A stretch of DNA of 64,000 bases from a virus (taxonomy: Duplodnaviria; Caudoviricetes): the IMG/VR virus record IMGVR_UViG_3300027769_000026, positions 1 to 64,000 of that record; one strand, 5' to 3'. Positions 28,530 to 39,500 of the stretch are shown here, piece by piece (position 1 is the first letter of the stretch; each line of letters opens with the position of its first letter). Position numbers and translations under genes: made by a program. The notes beneath the pieces are model-generated. The model made no database searches. It was not told the origin of the DNA and saw nothing but the letters and a program-made list of their open reading frames with translations.

Positions 28530-30152
28530 TTATGCTACAGAAACACAACGCCATTTGCTGGTTGCCACGTTCCAAATAAATCCTACATCGCTACGGGTAG
28601 TTGTCATACCAGTTGGCAATGTAACAGCTGAGCTTTCAAACGATGTTCCCCATGCAATAGTTGGAGTTCCAGCTGAAGCAGTGAAAGAGATCCATAGTTT
28701 CTGTCCATTTACAGGAGTTCCAGTGAGGCCGGATGTCATTGACGTTATGTTTGCTGCCTGACCTGTTATCACGACTGTATCAACACTGTCAGTGTTGATG
28801 GCAGGTGTTGCGCTGTCAGAGGCAAGTGCTAACACACGTGATTGTATCCACTTGTTAGTCAGTGTTTGAGTATCTGACGTTCCGACAATGTTGCCTGTTG
28901 GAGATGTCTTAGATGTGCCCCATGCTGAGCCGGTTGACACAGCAATACCAGCACCTGGATAAACAGTAGGACCGTCTGCACCTCGTGCTCCAGTAGCAGT
29001 AATTGTCCAGCTGGCAAATGTACCAGTACCACCAATCAATGTTACATTGATTGTGAGAGATGTGGTTGTATAGGCTGTAATGTTGCCTTCCATATAATTG
29101 GTTGCGGTTGCACCAAAAGCACGAACGTACTGCCCTACTGCAAAAGCGTTGGTGCCTTGTGCTTGGTTAACTGTGAATGTTTTTGTTCCTGTGGCAATCG
29201 CAAGAGAAGTAGTTGATGTTAGTCCAAAATAACCGCGGCCTGTTCCTGTTGCACCAGTTGCACCTATTTGACCTGCAATGGATATTTTCCAAGAAGTCAA
29301 TGTACCTGTTCCATTGGTATCATCTACAGATATTGTCATTGTAGTGGCTGCGAATGCAGTGATTGTTCCTTCCATAAATGTGGAAGGTGTCACTGTTGAT
29401 ACCACACGCACTCTGCTGCCAATAACAAATGCTGAGTTGGCAGCAGAAAGATTGGTTGTAAATGTTTTTGTTCCTGTGCCGACGGCTACAGAAGATGTTG
29501 ATGAAAGTACATACCCAATACCAGCAGCACCAGCTATTGTGGCCCAGGACAGGTTTCCAGCGCCATCGGTGATCAATGCTTGTCCGGCTGAGCCGCCAGT
29601 TATTCTGACCTTGCTTGGTGCACCCAATACTACTTTTCCTGCAGGAGCAATGGTTAAATCTGTACCTGAAAAGTTTGCTATAGTGTTGACATTTAACTGT
29701 CCAGCTTTTGTTATCTTAACACGATCGGCTAGGCTTGTACCGTTATGTGTGGCAAAAATCCATTCGGTTGGCATGCTTGTAGAGCTAGGTGTACCATCGA
29801 CAACCGCTTTAAGTGTTGCTCCTATAACCGGTGTTGTACCGCCCCAGCCGGTGGCGGCAATATTTGCCAGCTCGTCATTGTCCAGTGGCACTGTCTTGGC
29901 TGCTGATGTACCTCTTCCTCTTACAAAATTGAAAGAGTCAGTTGGGGCGCCTGCATGGAATTGCTGGAAACTCATACCAGAATATCCAAAACCGCCAGTG
30001 TATGCGCTTTTAGTAATAAGAAGTCCGGGGAATGTAACTATATCATTTGTAGCATCGTAAAACACTGGAGCCGCCATGGGCGACAGATCAGTGCCAGTTA
30101 CCGCATAATATGGAATTCTTCCTGCATTCCCAGAACCAATTGTATTTGCCAT
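28530..30152 (-). CDS. tail-fibre-like protein (540 aa)
   Basis: Two STSS(V/L)A(V/I)xTGTKTFT repeats, GQALITDGAGNLSW, GTSDTQTLTNK, and a C-terminal fibre-tip domain; late promoter and SD AGGAG. Confidence 0.75.
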   Translation of the reverse strand: MANTIGSGNAGRIPYYAVTGTDLSPMAAPVFYDATNDIVTFPGLLITKSAYTGGFGYSGMSFQQFHAGAPTDSFNFVRGRGTSAAKTVPLDNDELANIAATGWGGTTPVIGATLKAVVDGTPSSTSMPTEWIFATHNGTSLADRVKITKAGQLNVNTIANFSGTDLTIAPAGKVVLGAPSKVRITGGSAGQALITDGAGNLSWATIAGAAGIGYVLSSTSSVAVGTGTKTFTTNLSAANSAFVIGSRVRVVSTVTPSTFMEGTITAFAATTMTISVDDTNGTGTLTSWKISIAGQIGATGATGTGRGYFGLTSTTSLAIATGTKTFTVNQAQGTNAFAVGQYVRAFGATATNYMEGNITAYTTTSLTINVTLIGGTGTFASWTITATGARGADGPTVYPGAGIAVSTGSAWGTSKTSPTGNIVGTSDTQTLTNKWIQSRVLALASDSATPAINTDSVDTVVITGQAANITSMTSGLTGTPVNGQKLWISFTASAGTPTIAWGTSFESSAVTLPTGMTTTRSDVGFIWNVATSKWRCVSVA

Positions 30153-30202
30153 GTTATTACTCCTAATTTAGATGGTGTCTTTTCAAAGACATCTCGTTGA
30201 AC

Positions 30203-30208
30203 TATTTA
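30203..30208 (-). promoter_or_regulatory. late promoter TAAATA
   Basis: GGTAAATA upstream of the 540-aa fibre gene. Confidence 0.7.
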
Positions 30209-30213
30209 CCATT

Positions 30214-30696
30214 TCAAACAACAAACCCTAGATCAACATTGGTAAGAGCGCCGCTTTCACCAAGATCCAGATTTGTCATTTCAATCTGAGCACCAAAGGC
30301 ATCCACTGACCCAGTGCTGGTTATGCTTCCTAAGTTTCCAGATGATAATACTGCAATAGGATCAAGTGTTTGTGCGGCGCCAACTGGTACCCATTCAACC
30401 CCGGTATCATAATAAATCTTGTTTTCTGTAGTATCAATCCAAATCCTTCCAGCATTTCCTGCTGGCGGTCTCGTTGATAAAATTCCAGCTGAAATTGATT
30501 CCACGCCAGTGCCACGCAGTAACGTGAACCAATCAGTGTTGCCTTTTCTTACTTCAAGTTCGCCCACAGTGGTGTTGAAACGTATGGTTCCTGGTAGTGC
30601 ATTTGCAGGACGCTGAGACTCTGTTCCTCGAGGTAACTGTACACCGTTGGTACTGTCAATGATAAGTCTGTCGTCTGGGCTAATTTTAGTTGGCAT
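30214..30696 (-). CDS. small virion accessory protein (160 aa)
   Basis: LPRGTESQRP...GTIRFNTT fibre motif; GGTAAATA and GGAG upstream. Confidence 0.7.
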   Translation of the reverse strand: MPTKISPDDRLIIDSTNGVQLPRGTESQRPANALPGTIRFNTTVGELEVRKGNTDWFTLLRGTGVESISAGILSTRPPAGNAGRIWIDTTENKIYYDTGVEWVPVGAAQTLDPIAVLSSGNLGSITSTGSVDAFGAQIEMTNLDLGESGALTNVDLGFVV

Positions 30697-30714
30697 GATT
30701 AAGATCTCCAGTAG

Positions 30715-30720
30715 TATTTA
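30715..30720 (-). promoter_or_regulatory. late promoter TAAATA
   Basis: GGTAAATA just after the gp23 terminator. Confidence 0.72.
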
Positions 30721-30734
30721 CCGTTTGAGAGGAC

Positions 30735-30766
30735 AAAAAAATACCGGGTATTTCTACCCGGTATTT
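30735..30766 (-). terminator. rho-independent terminator after the major capsid gene
   Basis: Minus strand AAATACCGGGTA-GAAA-TACCCGGTATTT followed by a T run. Confidence 0.9.
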
Positions 30767-30789
30767 GCATTGCTTTAAGGCAACTTGGA

Positions 30790-31968
30790 TTAAGCAAAAA
30801 CCAATCCAGCAACTGCAATCTTGTTCAGATAGTCAGCGGCGTTACCGAAGCTTGATGAAGTGTTGGTCAATTCCACATATCCGTAACGTGTCATGAAGCT
30901 GACAGTTGGTTCGAATGTGTTTGGATCAAGCACAACACCTGAGCTCATCAATGGAATGTATGGGCAATAGAAACTTGCGGCATCCATTTCATTTGGTCCT
31001 TTGTAACCAACCAATACTGGTGTAGTGTCAGTAGCATAGCTATCAACATAAACACGTACTGAGTTGTTCAAAGTACCAACAAACTTGGTGTTTGTAGGAG
31101 CTTCAAATGTACCTTCTGTGGTACGAGCAAAAGCAGAAGTAGTAGCAGACTGAAGAACTGTCAAAGCTGTTGGGCTTACAACAATCCAGTTACCTGCGCC
31201 ACGACGTGTGCGCTGAGCGATCTGGTTGGCAGCACGGTTGATCATGATTGCCAATACAGCATGGCGATCACCAACGTAGTTAGGAGTACCAGTAAAGGCA
31301 GTACCTGTAGTTGGAGTCATGTCAAATGTGTCGCTTGTACCAGCCAATGAACGCAAGCTGCCTAGCAACTCTTGGTCAATTTCAGCTGTGATTTCTTGTG
31401 CCAAAGCAGCCATGATTTCTGCTTCAACGTCTAGACCGTGCATGCTCTGTGCATCCTGAGCAGCCTCAAAAGTCCAGCGAGCTTGTAGCTTGCGTGACTT
31501 GGCTTCAACAGTTTGCTTCAAGATCTGGATGTTTAGCTTCTTACCACCGTCGCCTTCGAGTGTGCTAGTAGCGGCTGCGGCAGGAGTGCTTGTTGACAAG
31601 TTACCTGAGTAAGCCTTAGCAATGTCGAATGGACCAAGTGCTTCGTCACCAGCAGTACGGCCAGCGGCTGATTCTGCATAGCGAACACGCATTGTGTGGA
31701 TCTGGCCTACTGGACCAGTCATTGGTTGAACGCCAAGAATTTCGTTAGCGATCACTGTTGGCATAACACGACGGATTACTGGAAGAATAACCTTGTTCAA
31801 CACAGCTACGTTGCCGGCTGTGGTTGAAGTGGCTGCACTTTCAGTCATATACTTACGTGTATTTTCTAATACGGTCTCCATAACTGTCTTACGGTTACCT
31901 GAGAGTCCTTCAACGAGAGCCTCTTTAGCGGCTGACCAGTTACGGGACTCGAAAAGTTTATCGGACAT
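30790..31968 (-). CDS. gp23: major capsid protein (T4 gp23-like)
   Basis: VIANEILGVQPMTGPVGQIHTMRVRY, KSRKLQARWTFEAAQD, YCPYIPL, FMTRYG motifs. Start at ATG 31968 with SD AGGAG. Confidence 0.97.
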   Translation of the reverse strand: MSDKLFESRNWSAAKEALVEGLSGNRKTVMETVLENTRKYMTESAATSTTAGNVAVLNKVILPVIRRVMPTVIANEILGVQPMTGPVGQIHTMRVRYAESAAGRTAGDEALGPFDIAKAYSGNLSTSTPAAAATSTLEGDGGKKLNIQILKQTVEAKSRKLQARWTFEAAQDAQSMHGLDVEAEIMAALAQEITAEIDQELLGSLRSLAGTSDTFDMTPTTGTAFTGTPNYVGDRHAVLAIMINRAANQIAQRTRRGAGNWIVVSPTALTVLQSATTSAFARTTEGTFEAPTNTKFVGTLNNSVRVYVDSYATDTTPVLVGYKGPNEMDAASFYCPYIPLMSSGVVLDPNTFEPTVSFMTRYGYVELTNTSSSFGNAADYLNKIAVAGLVFA

Positions 31969-31984
31969 TGTAATTCTCCTGTTA

Positions 31985-33088
31985 TTACTTTGCGATTCCG
32001 GCAAGTTTCTTAAGACTGATTATCGAACCATCATCAATGGCAGATTCAGAAGTCTTATCACCTGTGGCAGCACTAGTGTTCTGCTCTTGGCGACTTTCGA
32101 TAAGCGGCTTTTTACCGGGACTGCGGCCACTCTCGTTTAGAACTGACGGAAGATATTTCTGGTATGACTCACGAAGCTTTTCAGTAGAAACTGTGCCTAG
32201 TAGGTCTTCCATGATACCACGCTTGTCTTTCGACAAAGGCGCCATCAACTCTTGCATAACGCGATCGCGCTTCAACGTATCTTCTGCGATACGAGCTTTG
32301 CGTTCAGCGTCAGCTATTGCTTGTTGCTTGCTCTCAACAATCTGTTCCTTTTCAGCAACAGTTCCTTCAAGAGCAATGATCTTGTCACTCAGCTTCTTGA
32401 GCTCAGTAGCATCTGCAAAGTGCGATGCCATAAACTCAGCGGCGTATGCTTCCATGATCTTACGACCGAAAGCATTCTTGCGAGCTTCGGTAATGTCTTG
32501 CTTCAATTGGCCTATTTCTGCACGGAGTGCTTCGCCAATAAAGGCATTGGCTTTTTCAGCAGCCTGAGAAACGAATTTCTGCTTGGCTTCCTTGATTGCC
32601 TGCTTGCCTTCTGAAATTAATTGAACTCTGGTGTCGATGAGCTTTTGCTCTTCTTCACGCAGTTCATTCAGTTCCTTGGTCAACTTGCGAAGTGTGAATT
32701 CTTCCAACTTCTTAATGCTGGTTTTATTCGTTTCGCGGTCTTCTCTCAGTTCGTTGATTTCCTTAGCCATTGTTTCGTTTACAAAGCGGTTTAGTAGCTC
32801 AGCATGCTCAGCTACTTTCTTTTTGTATTCGATACGAGCTTGTACCATTGCATCGCGATCTTGCTTGAGCTCGCCGAGCTCTTTCTGCAAGTTTTCGCTG
32901 ATGAAAAGGTCCAATGCTTCGACCATGACCGATTTGTCATGCTCGTAACGCTGGGAGAATTCCTCACGGAGTTCTGCTAATGCTTCAGTCTTGTTTTCCT
33001 TGACTTTTGCATCCCAGGCTTCTGCTAGCTTGGATTTTACTTCCTCTGAGAGTACCTCGGATCCGAAAAGTTCTGTAAAGTTTGCCAT
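31985..33088 (-). CDS. gp22: prohead core scaffold protein (gp22-like)
   Basis: Coiled-coil E/K-rich sequence between the protease and capsid genes; SD AGGAG. Confidence 0.88.
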   Translation of the reverse strand: MANFTELFGSEVLSEEVKSKLAEAWDAKVKENKTEALAELREEFSQRYEHDKSVMVEALDLFISENLQKELGELKQDRDAMVQARIEYKKKVAEHAELLNRFVNETMAKEINELREDRETNKTSIKKLEEFTLRKLTKELNELREEEQKLIDTRVQLISEGKQAIKEAKQKFVSQAAEKANAFIGEALRAEIGQLKQDITEARKNAFGRKIMEAYAAEFMASHFADATELKKLSDKIIALEGTVAEKEQIVESKQQAIADAERKARIAEDTLKRDRVMQELMAPLSKDKRGIMEDLLGTVSTEKLRESYQKYLPSVLNESGRSPGKKPLIESRQEQNTSAATGDKTSESAIDDGSIISLKKLAGIAK

Positions 33089-33100
33089 CTCTTAGTCTCC

Positions 33101-33727
33101 TTATTTCAGGCTACTGATGAACTTTAGAACCTCTTCGTTGAGGAACTTCTGTGCACGTCTGTCATGATTCACTGCGCTGGCAACATCCATCAATGCCGCA
33201 CGTCGCTTATGCATCATGGCCCTTTCATAGATTGCTGTGGGATAAGCATCTGGTGCACTGGGTTGTGCAACAATGTCTACTGTGACAATATCAAAGTCTT
33301 TGACGTTTCCGTCTTCATTGACATTACCACTGCCTCTGCTAGAAACTCCTAGCTTGACACCACTTTCCATCAGGGTCTTGATGATATTACCCATTGGAGT
33401 AGGTAATACCTTGAGCTTGCCGTAACCATTGGGACCGTCCATCCACATTGATTCGATCATGTGGCTTACACGGTCTATGTTTACGGTTAAATCTTCTGGG
33501 TGATCTGCCTCACCCAATACGCTGTAACCAGAGTCTAATCTCTGCTTGACGCTATCAACTGCTTTAGCAATCTCACTCACAGGATACACACGCTGGTTCT
33601 GGTTCTTCACGCCACCTTGTATAAAGATGCCGCTCATGATCAAAGACTTACCGCCAGTAGGATTGTCTTTTGCTTCAACAACCATACCAGCTTGATCAAA
33701 TGTAATTGCTTCTACCAACGGTAACAT
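33101..33727 (-). CDS. gp21: prohead protease (gp21-like)
   Basis: GIFIQGGVKNQNQRVYP, LGEADHP, GVSSRGSG, DIVAQPSAPDAYP. Confidence 0.96.
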   Translation of the reverse strand: MLPLVEAITFDQAGMVVEAKDNPTGGKSLIMSGIFIQGGVKNQNQRVYPVSEIAKAVDSVKQRLDSGYSVLGEADHPEDLTVNIDRVSHMIESMWMDGPNGYGKLKVLPTPMGNIIKTLMESGVKLGVSSRGSGNVNEDGNVKDFDIVTVDIVAQPSAPDAYPTAIYERAMMHKRRAALMDVASAVNHDRRAQKFLNEEVLKFISSLK

Positions 33728-33732
33728 GTGTA

Positions 33733-34476
33733 TTATGCTCCGGAAATTGGGCTTTTAACATTAACACCTGAAGCCTGTGCTGTTACTGGCTTTGGTGCTG
33801 GTTTTACGTTTGGCTCAGTGGTTGAGTTTAGGCTCTTAGGAGCAGCAACTTTACCACCAGTTTCATTGCCTTGTCCAAACTTAACAGCGGCAGCGCCATT
33901 GTCTGATACTTTAGGACCCGAACTTACTGGGCTGGACTTGTTGTCAGCTTTGTCGCCATTGTCTGGTGTTGCAACCTTGGACATTTCAACTGCTTCGCCT
34001 AGTGATTCTTCAGGCATGTCAGCAGGCATGTCAGCAGGCATGTCAGCATTGGCTTCTTCGCTGTCGCCTTCACCATTTACTAACTTGTCAAATTCTGCTT
34101 TCAATGCTGAAATAGCATCTTCAACGTCCATCATAGCATCTTGAACGCTTGACTTATCATCAGCAGGTTCTTCAGCTGGGGCATCACCTTCAGGTGCTAC
34201 TTCAGCGGCAGCGGCTTCTGGATCAATGTCTTCAGCTTCTTCTTCAGAAAACATTTCTTCATTTTCAATTTCAGCTTCGTCTGCAATAACTTCTTCTTCA
34301 AAATCAGCAACAGGATCGCCGCCAATTTCTTCTTCAATCTGCTCGTCAGATTGAATCATGCTTTCATATATGCCGCGACCCTTCTCTACGAAGTAACTGT
34401 GCAACAAATCGCCTGCGGCTTCTTGATCGTGATTGAGCAAGTGCTCCAGGACTTTTTCTAGTGTTTTATGTGACAT
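33733..34476 (-). CDS. acidic prohead core-like protein (gp67/gp68 position)
   Basis: Very acidic low-complexity sequence between portal and protease; own late promoter and SD. Confidence 0.7.
   Translation of the reverse strand: MSHKTLEKVLEHLLNHDQEAAGDLLHSYFVEKGRGIYESMIQSDEQIEEEIGGDPVADFEEEVIADEAEIENEEMFSEEEAEDIDPEAAAAEVAPEGDAPAEEPADDKSSVQDAMMDVEDAISALKAEFDKLVNGEGDSEEANADMPADMPADMPEESLGEAVEMSKVATPDNGDKADNKSSPVSSGPKVSDNGAAAVKFGQGNETGGKVAAPKSLNSTTEPNVKPAPKPVTAQASGVNVKSPISGA
34011..34048. repeat. perfect 12-bp tandem repeat x3 (ADMP)
   Basis: CAGGCATGTCAG at 34011, 34023 and 34035. Confidence 0.95.
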
Positions 34477-34519
34477 TTCTAAGCTCTCCTTTGGCCAAAG
34501 ACAGGTATGTCCGTGCTTT

Positions 34520-34525
34520 TATTTA
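34520..34525 (-). promoter_or_regulatory. late promoter TAAATA
   Basis: CGTAAATA upstream of the core/protease/scaffold/capsid operon. Confidence 0.72.
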
Positions 34526-34604
34526 CGGACGCCATGTGTTATATAGTATCAAATGGTGAAAAAAGCGGAGTTTTTCTATTTGGTCTCAGCGATAAGTATC
34601 GCCT

Positions 34605-34817
34605 TCAACCGCCTGCTCTAGCGTAAATTTCCGCATAATGTTTGCGCTCTTCTGCTTGTTGTTGTTTTCTAAGCTCGCGCATGGACCTTAATTTGTTAAG
34701 GTGTTCCAGTGTTAACCGTGTTCTACGTGTGTCTTTTTTAGTCATAGGATTGTTATATCCTATTTCTAGACTTTGTGGATCCTGTTCTGCAGGTTCCTTA
34801 AATTCTCTTAATTTCAT
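34605..34817 (-). CDS. small basic protein coupled to the portal gene (70 aa)
   Basis: ATGA overlap with the portal stop; RRTRLTLEHLNKLR motif. Confidence 0.75.
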   Translation of the reverse strand: MKLREFKEPAEQDPQSLEIGYNNPMTKKDTRRTRLTLEHLNKLRSMRELRKQQQAEERKHYAEIYARAGG

Positions 34818-36550
34818 ATTCCTGCGCCTCCAGGTGGTGGTTCTTCCCCGGGTGCGGCACCTGCTGCCGGGGCTGGTTCTATACCAGTTGGGTTTTCTTC
34901 TGCTGCGCCTAAATTGGCTTCAAGTTCTTTGGTTTCCAATGGCGTTAAATTAGGCTGTCTGATGCCAACACTAGCAAGATCTGTATTGGTAGTATCAGTA
35001 TCGAGAGATGCACCAGCGGCACCGGCTGGATTTTCTTCCTTCCATAACCGCTCATTTTCTTTTATTTCGTCTTTGGTCAAGCCCAAGTACTTCTCAAGCA
35101 CAAAACGCCTAGATAGATATGAAGTTTCAGCCACTTGTGAGAATGCCTGCAAACGATTGCTGTTGAGTTCAATGTCTCTGTATTCACTAAAACTCTGTGG
35201 CTCCATGAATCGTAAATCAAACACGCCGCTATCAATCTCTACACCTTTCCACTTCAAAAACATTTTGAATTCGTGATCTAGAGTAGTACACAGCAAGTTT
35301 TGTATACGCTGACAATACTTGTTGAATCGATATTCTTGTATGTACGCTGTGCCTACTTTGCCATCGTTGTACACAGCAGTACCGTCATCTGGACCTGTTG
35401 GCAAATAGCTTGAAGGTATGCGAAGGGCTCGCATCAATTTGTTTGTGAAGAATTTTAGGTCGTCAATCTGTCCTAGATTGTCGCCACCCGGCAGCACTTC
35501 AACCTTAGAGCCTCGGCCTTCCGAAGTCTGAGCAAAAAAGTAATCTTCAAGCATGCTCAACGGATTATAGCTGGAATCCATTACTGTTGCTCCGCCGCCA
35601 GTGCGTGTGGGAATACGACGCTGATGGATTTCATTTTTAACACGTTCAACAAAGCTCATGGCCATATGGCTGGGCATGTTGCCTACATCGATGTAGAACA
35701 CTCTGCGCTCAGGCGCACGTTGCACACGATAGATAATGATAGCATCTTCAAGCAATTCTTTCTGCTTGTAGATCTTGAAGATTGGCTCTAGTATGCTTGT
35801 GCCAAATGGCCAGTTGGCGTCCATGCCTTCGCCTAGACTCAACTGCATGATATGGCTTGCGTCTACTGCAAATTCTTTATCGCTGATATTGGTTCCGTTG
35901 GGCGCACCTTGACGGAAGTTCTGCAACACAGGCGCTGCCTTACTCATGCCTACCATGGTAGTAAATGCTGTTTGATGTTCTACTGGATTGGTTGCAGTTT
36001 TGTCAATCATGTTCAGCGCAAGATTACGCATCACATACTGTTCTGTTTCACGACCTTTGGAATCATTGATGATGATCTTGACCATGTCGGCTGGGTTGAT
36101 CCACAGCAACTCATAGGTTTCAGGATCTCGAACAAAGAACTGATCGCCGTACTTCAATGTGCTACGGACCACACGCCAAATGCGCTTGTCCCAGTCATTG
36201 ATGTTGCACCACTGATTCAGGCTTTTTTCTAGTACCTGTTGTTCGGCTTCAGTTGGATCTTGTTTGTAGAACAATTCAAAAGGAACACCGCTGTTTGTGT
36301 CAAATTGCGTACAGAATTCTGCAACAGTATCCAAGGCAGCATTGATTTCACTGTCTTGATCCATTTGATCGTATTGTGAATAACGATCTGTTCTATTTGG
36401 TTGCCCGGTATAGACTTCAGCAAGATAGGAATTCCATTTACTGGATTGTACTCCACGACCTTGCTGTCTTGGATCCTGGGGATTTACCGACATCATCTGG
36501 TTGTTAGATGCTGTGGGATCCCAAATTTTGAAATGTTTGCGCCAACTCAT
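34814..36550 (-). CDS. gp20: portal protein (gp20-like)
   Basis: YDQMDQDSEINAALD, LEDAIIIYRVQRAPERRVFYIDVGNMP, EDYFFAQTSEGRGSKVEVLPGG. Confidence 0.97.
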   Translation of the reverse strand: MSWRKHFKIWDPTASNNQMMSVNPQDPRQQGRGVQSSKWNSYLAEVYTGQPNRTDRYSQYDQMDQDSEINAALDTVAEFCTQFDTNSGVPFELFYKQDPTEAEQQVLEKSLNQWCNINDWDKRIWRVVRSTLKYGDQFFVRDPETYELLWINPADMVKIIINDSKGRETEQYVMRNLALNMIDKTATNPVEHQTAFTTMVGMSKAAPVLQNFRQGAPNGTNISDKEFAVDASHIMQLSLGEGMDANWPFGTSILEPIFKIYKQKELLEDAIIIYRVQRAPERRVFYIDVGNMPSHMAMSFVERVKNEIHQRRIPTRTGGGATVMDSSYNPLSMLEDYFFAQTSEGRGSKVEVLPGGDNLGQIDDLKFFTNKLMRALRIPSSYLPTGPDDGTAVYNDGKVGTAYIQEYRFNKYCQRIQNLLCTTLDHEFKMFLKWKGVEIDSGVFDLRFMEPQSFSEYRDIELNSNRLQAFSQVAETSYLSRRFVLEKYLGLTKDEIKENERLWKEENPAGAAGASLDTDTTNTDLASVGIRQPNLTPLETKELEANLGAAEENPTGIEPAPAAGAAPGEEPPPGGAGI

Positions 36551-36555
36551 GAAGT

Positions 36556-36561
36556 TATTTA
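36556..36561 (-). promoter_or_regulatory. late promoter TAAATA (leaderless spacing)
   Basis: GGTAAATA acttc ATG of the portal gene. Confidence 0.72.
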
Positions 36562-36572
36562 CCTTGGTATAG

Positions 36573-39500
36573 TTAGGTCTTGTTATTGAGGTTTTCTAGC
36601 ACATCAACAGTGCGTCTTGAATCTCCTGCCACCTGATCCTGGCGACCCAATATTGCTGTTAGTATCTGATTGGTTTGAGCTTGCTGTTCTGCCAGCGTTC
36701 TGATATCCGATTGTGTTTGTTCTGCTCTGGTCGCTTGTGCAGTTTGGGCAGAACTTTGCTGTGACCCATCGCTTGCCGTGGCCACAGTGCCTAGTGCACC
36801 CGCAGTCACTGACCCAATGCCAGTGGAACTATTCGGTGTTTGCACGTTTCCTCTAGTGGAACCAGCACGTCGACGATTTGCTTCGGCTTGCATCCGTGCT
36901 TCTTCACGTGCTTCATTTTGTACCCCAATATCGTCTGGAAAACTTGATCTGGACATCAATGCATTGTAAATTTCTCTTTCGTCTGTGCTGGTTTCTGTAA
37001 TGTCGTTGTCAGTGTTGGTACTTGTACCAGCACTTCTGCTTCTAGCGGCATTTTCCGGAGGACGATTCAATGCACCTGTAGCGGCAACAGCACCCACAGC
37101 ACCAGGCGTAACTGAACTTACAGCACCTTGAGATTTTTGTCTATTATATTGCTCCATTAACCAAGCAGGGTAGTTTCTTGCATTGCGAGGATCCATTTGC
37201 AAAGCCATATCTAATGCTGCCATTTGATCTGATGTTAACGCTTTGCCTTCTTCAACTACTTTACCTGCGACTCTTAATTCATTTCTTCGTTCAGTCATTG
37301 TTCCAGGCTGTGCTCCACCGGGTGCAGGTGTTGGCTGTATCGCATTGAGCTCTCGGTTGATGCCTCTGTTGCTTGCACCAAAAAATTGTCTTGATATCCA
37401 TCCGCCTGCAGATTCAGCAGCCCCGCCTAGGAACTTATCAGCGATCATTGAACCGCCAATGGCACCAGCAATACCAACTGGTGCTGATGCAACACCTAAT
37501 CCAGCAATGCCTCCTGCAAGACCGCCAACTGCACCGCCAGCGCCAGCAACTGCACCTCGTGTGAGAGATCCACCCCTAGATTCAGCAATTTTGTCATCAA
37601 GTTCTCTAAGTGCTTTCTCAGCATCTCCTCTTGATAGTTCTCCTTTGGTGTATTTGTCAATGACCTGCCTGCGCATGTTTTGCAGGTCACTAACCGATGT
37701 AAATTCGTTTAGCACTACACCAAAGAGAGAACCAATAATGCCGCCACCTCTGACTTGTCTTGCTCCGGCTTTGACTGCACTAGCAACTCCAGACATGTTA
37801 GATGCAGTACCAGCCGCAGGATTAGGCGCAGGAGATGCACCTGGTGCAGGTGTTCCTGGTGGGGGTGTTACTGCGCCCGGCACTGTTGCTGGTGCAGGAG
37901 ATGTTGGCACTTGTAATGGTCTGCCATCTGGACCTAAAATTGTACTAGGTCTAGTTGCTCCAGGTGTACCTGTTGGAGGTGTACCTGTTGGAGGTGTACC
38001 TGTTGGAGGTGTACCTGTTGGAGGTGTACTTGGTCTATTTGCGGCCGCGCCTGCCGCGCCAGTGGCAGCAGTTCCTGGTGCTCCTCCTGGAGAAGGAGTT
38101 GGGTTTGGTCCAGTTGGTGGAACAGTTGGTCCAGGTCCAGGACCCCTACCACCAAATATGCCGCCTGCGCCTCCTGCGCCTCCGCGCATTGCTCCGCCTA
38201 TGCCTCGCAAGGCCAGGAATGGCGCTAGCAACGCTAATGCGGCAACCATGCCATAGATTAGATTTTTTGTAGTGTTTGATAATCCAAGGAATTTATCTAC
38301 TGTGGCATTGATTGCATTTTGCAAGCTGGTAAATGCTGGCATCAGTGGCTCAACTGCTCGCAATAGATCTCCTTGCACTTGTTGTAGTTTTCTCTGCGAT
38401 TCAATGTATGCGCCTGCGGCATCGGCGCCTGCGCCAGTTGGCGCATTGCCCAGTTGTGCAACTTGATCTGGAGTGCGTGTGGCGGCGGCTCTTCTGATAA
38501 AATCAATAAGGCCTCTAGCATCAGCATCACCTGTGGCAGCCATGACTGCAAGAGGAGATCCTTTAAGATTTTGTAATGCTGTGGCGGCAGCTGGTTGTAG
38601 CATTGCTGCCTGTTTTGCAGGATCAGTCTCGTTACGATATTCTTCAGACTGCATGATCCTACCAAGGTCTGAAGAAAGTGTTTGTAGTTTTGCAAAGGCA
38701 CCACCTATCACAGTGGGGTCAAATCCACCTAATGCGGCATATTCCAGTTCATTTGTTATCTGGCCTGCAAACTGCCCGCCAATGGCCGCAAGTGTTTTTC
38801 CAAATGTTTCAAGCTCTTGAGCCGCTTTTCGTTCTCCTGCAGCCAACATGCGCTGTTGTGCGGCTCGGAACATATCGTTGCGGTACAGTTGATCAAATGC
38901 GCTGTTTAGTTCATCAACAGACTTGCCTGTTGTTTGTGCTAATCTATACAGCTCTCTTGCCTGATCTTCAGCCATGCGCTGTGCAGTTCTTTGCGCTTCA
39001 GCACCTGTTAATCCTGCTTGACCTACCATCATAACAGAACGGCTATACGATGCCATTAGCTGTTCAATGTTCTGCCCGTAAAAGTTGGCTTTCTTAGCAC
39101 TGTCTAAATATTGTTTTGCACCATCAGCAAATCGTTGTCCTGAATTTCTAATGTTTTCATCAAGCATGCCAGCCATGTTGCCAGCATCCGCAACGGCTTT
39201 GTTGAATTGTTCCAGTGTCAGGCCAGCTGTCTTTGCTGAAATAGCAAAGCTGAGTGCTGTTGTGGCCAGTCCACCTAGACCAGATCCAAATGCTTTGATT
39301 GTTGTCTGTGCACCTTGCTGCCATACTTCATATAACCTTACGGCCGCAGCCGCGGCCAATCCCAACGAAGCTGAAAATGCAGTTACCAACGGTGCAAGTG
39401 GCCCAAGTATGGACATCAGTCTACCAGCAACACCAGCAAACATGCCTTCAAGCATGCCCATTACACCACCTTTTACATCTCCGCCTATTATGCGTTTGAT

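Noticed and set aside
37962-38029. Short tandem repeats (also 34011-34048) as a CRISPR or mini-array
   Set aside because: The units are contiguous with no spacers and are in-frame coding repeats.
37243-38256. 337-aa plus-strand ORF, and similar long antisense ORFs such as 29278..30060 and 39085..39918
   Set aside because: These are shadows of Ala/Gly/Thr-rich minus-strand genes; they have no SD, promoter or recognisable motif.
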